From positions 36,642,001 to 36,706,000 of the forward strand of contig OZ024755.1 in NCBI GenBank assembly GCA_964016885.1: a stretch of 64,000 nucleotides of DNA, written 5' to 3'. The translations under genes and the position numbers were made by a program. Position 1 is the stretch's first letter. Every line of letters begins with the position of its first letter. The notes below the pieces were generated by a model. It did no database searches, was not told the DNA's origin, and saw only the letters and a list, made by a program, of their open reading frames with translations. Source of the stretch: Eledone cirrhosa. Taxonomy: Eukaryota. Of the stretch, positions 57,508 to 64,000 are shown piece after piece.

Positions 57508-57964
57508 TTGAGCTACTGAACTTGTAGTATGACTGTATATACTATAAGGCAATAACCTCTCCATCATTTGAGCTCATTAACTTGTAGTTTGACTGTATAT
57601 ACTATAAGATAACCTTTCCGTCACTTGAGCCCCTGAACTTGTAGTATGACTGTATATACTATAAGGCAATAATCTCTCCATCATTTGAGCTCATTAACTT
57701 GTAGTATGACTGTATATACTATAAGGCAATAACCTCTCCATCATTTGAGCTCATTAACTTGTAGTATGACTGTATATACTATAAGGCAATAACCTCTCCG
57801 TCATTTGATCTCATTAACTTGTAGTATGACTGTATATACTATAAGGCAATAATCTCTCCATCATTTGAGCTCATTAACTTGTAGTATGACTGTATATACT
57901 ATAAGATAACCTTTCCGTCACTTGAGCCCCTGAACTTGTAGTATGACTGTATATACTATAAGAT
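57508..57964. repeat. 60/57-bp tandem repeat, about 8 copies
   Basis: TTGAGCTCATTAACTTGTAGTATGACTGTATATACTATAAG.. units. Confidence 0.95.
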
Positions 57965-59133
57965 GGTGAGAAACGACTTCTTATCTCCACATCTAGAAAG
58001 TTCTTTTCCAAAGCGAAAGACAAACAAAGTTTTATTTATATATTTATTTATGGAAACCTATAAAAGGAATGAGACTCTCTCACGATATTGGGGGAAGAAA
58101 ACCAGATTTAGTAGAATTAGTAGTAGCTTATCTTCTATTATGTGGCGAATTGGCAGAGTCGTTAGAACGTCAGATAGAATTATTTATGGTATTCCTTCCG
58201 GCTCTCTTCTCTCTGAGTTCAAATCCAGACTAGGTCAACTTTGTCTTTCATCCTATCGAGGTCGATAAAAAATAGTACCAGTCTAGTACTGAGGTCGATT
58301 CTTTCTAAGAGATATATCTCTTACTCATTTCCCTCCACCTCTCTCTCTCTCTATATATATATCTTCTATCTTTCCATTGTATTCAGGCTTAAAATGCCAC
58401 CAGGTTTAAAATGCCCACCAGGTTTAAAATTCCCAAGAAACGCCGTTTGTCAATATGGCGTCCCTACGGCTTTATCAGTAGTTACCGGACCATACCATCT
58501 TCTATTATGAGAGACTGAGTCTCTATATCAACATGTTTAAATACTCCTCCTTTCATTTCTTCTAAGCAGTACGATAATGTTGGTTATACTCATATTTGCC
58601 AATATAACCAATATTAGTTATCGCCTTAGTAAATATTTAATTCGAATAATTAAGTTAAATGCTATTGCAGGGGAAATAACTCTTAAAAATACTGCCTGTG
58701 AGTTATTGTTGCTGCAAATATATTTCGTCTTATTTTTAGTTTTTCTCCCTTCTTTTCGTTTTCCACTGCATTGAACACGTATAAACTTACAACAAATGAG
58801 TTAAGAAGCATATCCCGTTACAGCCGATCGAACTGCTAGAAATAATAGATAGCAACCCCTATCTTGCTCAGAATATTGACCTCTTGGAAACTGTTCAGAG
58901 ACGTGCAGCCAAATAGAAAAGTGTGGCAGCGATTCATATAAAAACGAAGAGAAATCGTTGTCACATAGTATAAAAAGAAAAAGAAAAAAAAAATCAAAAT
59001 AAAGAAACTTGTTCAAGAATGTAACACACCGTACGGCTTAGGATACGAACTCTCTTTAGGGTGTTAGTTACCACTTTAAACCACTAGGTGGAGCAGTTTT
59101 CAAAAAGAAAATCAGTCGATCCTCAAATGATCC

Positions 59134-59706
59134 TCATCTTTTTGATTTCCATGTGTCTAACACACGTGGACATACCCACAAAGTAAGAAAACAGCACAGT
59201 TCCCATGACTTTCGGAAACATTTTTTCACGCTCAGAGTTGCTGAAGTATGGAACAAACTACCTGCATCAGTTGTTAGCTGTCGAGACACTGCATCCTTTA
59301 AGGCCTCCATGGAACAAACTACCTGCATCAGTTGTTAGCTGGTGAGACATTGCATCCTTTAAGGCTTCCATGGAACAAACTACCTGCATCAGTTGTTAGC
59401 TGGTGAGACACTGCATCCTTTAAGGCCTCCATGCTTCCCGAGATCCGCCAACACTACAGCTAACACATACACACATGTACTTCCCTGACATTTGTGTATT
59501 ATTCTATGTACTATACATACACCTTTGACGAGTTGTAGTGCACCTGAGCACTTTACACAATAATTTAATTATTATGTGTATATCATGACTCATGCATTGT
59601 TCATTTTCCTGATGTTTGTACATTACCCTATGTACTATACATACACTTTTTGATAAGTTGTAGTGCATCTGAGCACTGTACACAATATTTCATTATTATT
59701 ATTATT
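59134..59706 (+). mobile_element. CR1/L2-clade LINE 3' end with internal tandem duplications
   Basis: SNTRGHTHKVRKQHSSHDFRKHFFTLRVAEVWNKLP; three copies of an about 61-bp segment; (ATT)n tails. Confidence 0.8.
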
Positions 59707-59743
59707 ATGATTCCATTTCTTTTTCCATTGCAATATCTTGGTT

Positions 59744-59920
59744 ACCACGTGTGGAGCCCAAGCTTTATCCTGGTCACCAAGTTTCATACCAAAATAAGCA
59801 TGGTAAACACGCTTTATGAAACTTGTGACTGAATTCCTGTTAGCAACAACTGTGTGTTCGATGCAGATGTAACAGAATACATCGGACTTATTGTTGTAAG
59901 ATCTGGCCGAATCCATTTCA
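59744..59920 (-). pseudogene. N-terminal fragment of a Chapaev3-like transposase
   Basis: DVFCYIC..KRVYHAYFGMKLGDQDKAWAPHVV, the N-terminal zinc-finger region of the same protein family as 5416-6499; truncated by a CR1 insertion. Confidence 0.7.
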
Positions 59921-59938
59921 TTCACATGCCCCCCCCCC

Positions 59939-60201
59939 AAAAAAAAAATAACAGTTCGTAAAAAATTGGTGCATGTAAACCCTTCAGAATTCGTTTATTC
60001 AAAGAAATAAGAAAGAATTTTGCATCATATAAATAGAAAATACCCGTACATGTAAACAAAAACGTTAAAAAGATCGTGTGGTGATACATAAAAAAGTTGA
60101 CCTGATTGAGCAAAACCAATGTGATTTTTGGATTCAGCACATCAAAATTGTCCTAAATCAGCTAAAAACACTTGGACAATAAATTTGGTATTGACCAGTA
60201 T
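59939..60201. mobile_element. Probable terminal non-coding region of the Chapaev3-like transposon
   Basis: Adjoins the transposase fragment; ends GATTCAGCACATCAAAATT..TTGACCAGT, resembling termini of this family (recall only). Confidence 0.4.
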
Positions 60202-60587
60202 TGTTAATGCTACCTTCCAGTGCCAACCCAAAACAGAAGAAACAACAGGCTATAAAGTATTTTGCTCAAAAACACAACGCGCCGTGGGATACAGGAACGG
60301 AATCCACGTCCTTATGCTGGTGAGTTCATTACTATAAACATTAGGTCATGAGATCGCTGTTATTATTAGCTTGGTACGTTACCACTTTGCGAATCTCTAT
60401 ACAATTAGAATTTCAGATCAATAACGATTATGCCAACCCGCCATATTTAAATCCTGTAACTTATTAAAATCATACTGAAAGATTTTTTTTAAAGAATGAT
60501 GCTAGACAAGTTGTGTAAATCTGACTAAAAGTATTTATTTCTATTTGCACAAAAATAATGTTCCAAGATTTTTAATGCTCACCCATT

Positions 60588-61490
60588 ATTCTTCTTGTGA
60601 CGCTAAACTCCGCCAGTTGCAAACTGCGCATTAACATGTGGTATCTCTTTCCACAAAGTTCGATCACCAGCAGCAGAGTTCAAAGAGCAAAGATCAAGTC
60701 CAGCCCATAGGTTGACATTATCAAGCCATCGTTTTGGCTGCCGACCTCTGCTTCTCTTTCCAGCCAACCTTCCTTCCAGGCATAACCTACTTACACCACG
60801 AGTTGATCTCTTTATATGACCGTATAGTTTGAGTACTCTTGACTTGACAATTGATGTAATTGGTCTAAGTTTGGTAATGTTGAGCAGCTCACTGATACAG
60901 ATACGGTCGCTGAGACGCTTGCCAGTCATAAGTCTCATGATGTGGTTCTGGAATGTAGAGAGCTTCTGAAGTGCTCCAATTAACACAATCAAGACCGTAA
61001 AACACAACTGGTATCAAAGATCATAATATTCAAATGATTGGAAACTTGTTTTGATGTTAGTACTTCCTTGTTCTTGTTGAAAGCTGCCCAACCCAGAGCG
61101 ATTCGATATTGCGCAGCAACCATTCCATTGTTGTTTGATGATAGTTTGTGACCGAGATATACAAACTCCGTATCTTGAGCAATTTGCTGGTTCTAGATTG
61201 TGAGTTGGAGATTGGCATTGTTTTTATCAGTTGTCATACACTTTGTTTTGGAGATGTTGATGTGTAAGCCAGCCTCCAGCGAATGTTTGGCAGATCAGTT
61301 CTAGAGTGACTCACGATGGCCAGATCGTCTGCATAGCTAAGATTTGATAGGATTTTACCTCCTATTTGATAGCCTGAGGAGCATTCTTCAATTTGGTAGA
61401 TAAATGCAGCAATAACTATACAGAAAAGAAGTGCCGATAGTACACCCCACTGCTTAACTCACTTCAAGATGTCTATACAGCGTGTAGTTT
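60588..61490 (-). mobile_element. RTE family A LINE, longest copy with RT remnant
   Basis: LSNLSYADDLAI, INISKTK, FVYLG, followed by the family A 3' end. Confidence 0.85.
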
Positions 61491-61689
61491 CCAAGTCTGT
61501 TTTGGTTATGTAAATAGGCTACCATGCCAAGTTCAAATATTCCTGCTGATAAGAATTCTTCTAGACATTTCCATTAACTTATATGGAATGATCCGACGAT
61601 AAAATAGGAAGCAAAATATTCCCCAATGTTATTGCTGAGTTAATGGGAAACAGAAGTCCATTAAATCAACCGCAATGTGTTACGGCTTT

Positions 61690-61980
61690 TTATTTTATTG
61701 ACCTTTTAAGGCAGGATTTGAACTCATAACTCTCTGTGCGGTAAAGCGTGGTCCGTCGCTCTACCGATTCTGCCAATTCGCCGCCCGTCCTGTTAATAAC
61801 GGTTTCTTATATAGGCACAAGGCAAGCAATTTTGGGGGAGGGGAAAGTCGATTAAATCGATCCCAGTGCGTGACTGGTACTTTATTTTATCGACCCCGTA
61901 AAGATGAAAGGCAAAGTTAACTTCGGTGGGATTTGAACTCAGATCACAAAGGGCCGTAACTCTATGCTCTGCCAATCCAG
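61690..61980 (-). mobile_element. Nin-domain SINE copies (older subfamily)
   Basis: A box, B box and central domain. Confidence 0.75.
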
Positions 61981-62745
61981 CGTCCTTTGCTCGTTCTGCT
62001 AACACCAGTTGGTATTATTACTTTCAAATATTTAAAGAGACTGTCAATATTTCCATTCATGTTTAATGGAGACCGGGGGTGATTGAACCTCACCAATGTA
62101 CACGTTTCAAACGAAATAAATATACTAACAACAAAAAATAAACAACAAATAGTTTGAATATAAGGAAATATATGGTGACTTCATCTATATGAAAAGTCTT
62201 AAATGAAAATTAGTCCCATTTAAATCATCTTCGAAGGGAAGTAACTAAAAAATATGCTTGACTTTTTTCCTTCCCTTGGACTGTTGTTCATTTAAAATCC
62301 ATATAATAAAAGGGATATAGATATATATGTGTATAAGCATTTCTTCTAACTTTAATTTTATACCTAATTGTGTATGGTTGACGGTATATTTAATTGATTT
62401 CCACGTGCAGTTGAAATGTTGGGTAAATATTCTATGGCGGTCGGCCGCGAAGAGATTGCTGTCGTTTATTTATCTACTATTTCTTCATAGGTGCCTTTTA
62501 ATCTTATAGCCTGGTCTAATTGATTTTTTGTGTGGTTAATTATGCTAATTGGGAGAGGAAATGGTGTATATATTATCAAATGATTCTATGGACATACTTT
62601 ATAGTATATATATATATATATATATTGTTATATTTGGGGAGGGTCATATTTGCGTAATATTGCCAGAATTAATAACAGAACACACTCACTGTTTCAGTGA
62701 CACACGATTTCATATAAAAAACCTCGCAAAACTAATTCATCGCCG

Positions 62746-62793
<48 letters not shown>

Positions 62794-62839
62794 GAAATGA
62801 CAGGAGGCTGGATTTGTGTAAATCCTTGAAAGGTTTATT

Positions 62840-62897
62840 ATACTATGATCATTTCAATGACCGGGTTCCGTATGAATCCGGTGATATCATCAGGTAT
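62840..62897 (-). ncRNA. Minimal type-I hammerhead ribozyme (inverted copy)
   Basis: Exact reverse complement of 63038-63095. Confidence 0.72.
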
Positions 62898-63037
62898 TCG
62901 AAATATAATACGTGAATGTAATAGATAAACTCGAGGGCCACCGGCTGAGGTTGAAGGAGCAGAATAGCGGTCGCCCTCGGGTCCTCGATTTTCAGCCCCA
63001 TGGATTTTATCTATTACATTCACGTATTATATTTCGA

Positions 63038-63095
63038 ATACCTGATGATATCACCGGATTCATACGGAACCCGGTCATTGAAATGATCATAGTAT
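63038..63095 (+). ncRNA. Minimal type-I hammerhead ribozyme (right arm of inverted repeat)
   Basis: ATAC-CTGATGA-TAT C ACCGG..CCGGT C ATT-GAAA-TGATCA-TA/GTAT, followed by AATAAA; first stem II pair is U.U. Confidence 0.75.
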
Positions 63096-63286
63096 AATAA
63101 ACCTTTCAAGGGTTTACACAAATCCAGCCTCCTGTCATTTCATTATAATATTTAACTCCGTAATAGCACCACCAACTACAAAAACAAAGACGGTTGAACT
63201 GCTTTACGTTGAGTACTCTCTATGTTATTACATTACGATTGACCATACGGAATAGACCAGCTCTATACAGTGGTGAACCCCAAACC

Positions 63287-63366
<80 letters not shown>

Positions 63367-63550
63367 TAAATAAATGCCATTGTTAAATAATAAATAAATC
63401 AACTAATACCTTAACACTTCACACAAAGTAAAACATTTCGTTTTAATCATTTTCTAACCCAGAAAAAAGAGAGAGAGAAACAAAAAAGGAAACAAATATA
63501 TTTTTCTTCCTAATAATCGTCTCTTTCTCCCTGTTTTCATATATATATAT

Positions 63551-64000
63551 AACAAAGAAAGTGTGGCAAGATACCAGGTGGACCATAACGCACCAGAGTA
63601 CTCGATACTTAGGGTAGTGGAGTGGGTAATAGGAAACGAGTCAGGATCCCGATGGTGGAGCTCCGGCCGTTTCGACAGCTAGATCCGAACTGTCCGGATC
63701 TAGCTGTCGAAACGGTCGGAGCAAATCATGGAATAGCTAAGATAAGGAAAGCTACGGCAACCAGAGATACCAGAGTGTCATGTTCGTGGATGCTACCCCT
63801 GGAGGGAAATTAGCTAAACAATGTAGAAAGGCCCTAAAAAAGACCTATCTAAAGATTAAAGTGGTAGAAAAGCCAGTAACTACCATAAAATCCCTGATCA
63901 GCAAAACATACCCCTTTAAGAAAACCCACTGTATAAATAAGAAATGTATTATATGTAAAATGAACCCCCAGATAAATTGTAAAACTAGAAATATAGTCTA
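63551..64000 (+). mobile_element. Penelope-like retroelement: inverted pLTR piece (63551-63687) followed by a 5'-truncated ORF running off the window
   Basis: Frame from 63723 reads KSWNS*DKESYGNQRYQSVMFVDATPGGKLAKQC..KIKVVEKP..PFKKTHCINKKCIICKMNPQINCKTRNIVY. This resembles the Cys-rich RT-to-GIY-YIG linker and the first VY motif of PLEs (recognition from memory). An inverted terminal segment upstream is typical PLE geometry. Confidence 0.75.

Larger units (their letters stand above)
62784..63290 (+). mobile_element. PLE-type pLTR relic with 146-bp inverted repeat, inserted in (TA)n
   Basis: Arms 62784-62929 and 63006-63151 (1 mismatch), each with a hammerhead; (TA)n on both flanks. Confidence 0.7.

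Noticed and set aside
62430-62490. ATGGCGGTCGGCCGC as a gene start
   Set aside because: The frame closes after 18 codons with no convincing donor site.

Overview
AT-rich, repeat-dense animal genomic DNA. The SINE/LINE content and giant (TA)n tracts suggest an octopus-like cephalopod (inference). One complete gene could be rebuilt by hand on the minus strand: a 17-exon, phase-consistent SMYD4-type lysine methyltransferase (TPR, split SET, MYND, post-SET, C-terminal helical domain; CDS 54004->24525, about 748 aa). The rest is intronic or intergenic: two SINE families, RTE, CR1/L2 and CRE LINE fragments, a decayed Chapaev3-like transposase, MITEs, several minisatellites and about 9 kb of (TA)/(TACA) microsatellite. 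The most striking unannotated signal is a set of short, mutually divergent elements embedded in (TA)n tracts. They carry minimal type-I hammerhead ribozymes with a shared architecture (3-pair stem, C.C mismatch, long stem II; 6-nt palindromic stem III; AUA cleavage site), fold-back inverted repeats and a TTGAGT(A/G) 3' motif. One of them is joined to a Penelope-like ORF at the window edge. Inside SMYD4 there is also a triplicated 3' splice site at the main SET exon, a hairpin with arms of about 575 bp, and complementary (GGT)n/(CCA)n tracts bracketing exons 5-14. All calls come from reading the sequence; no searches or folding programs were run.
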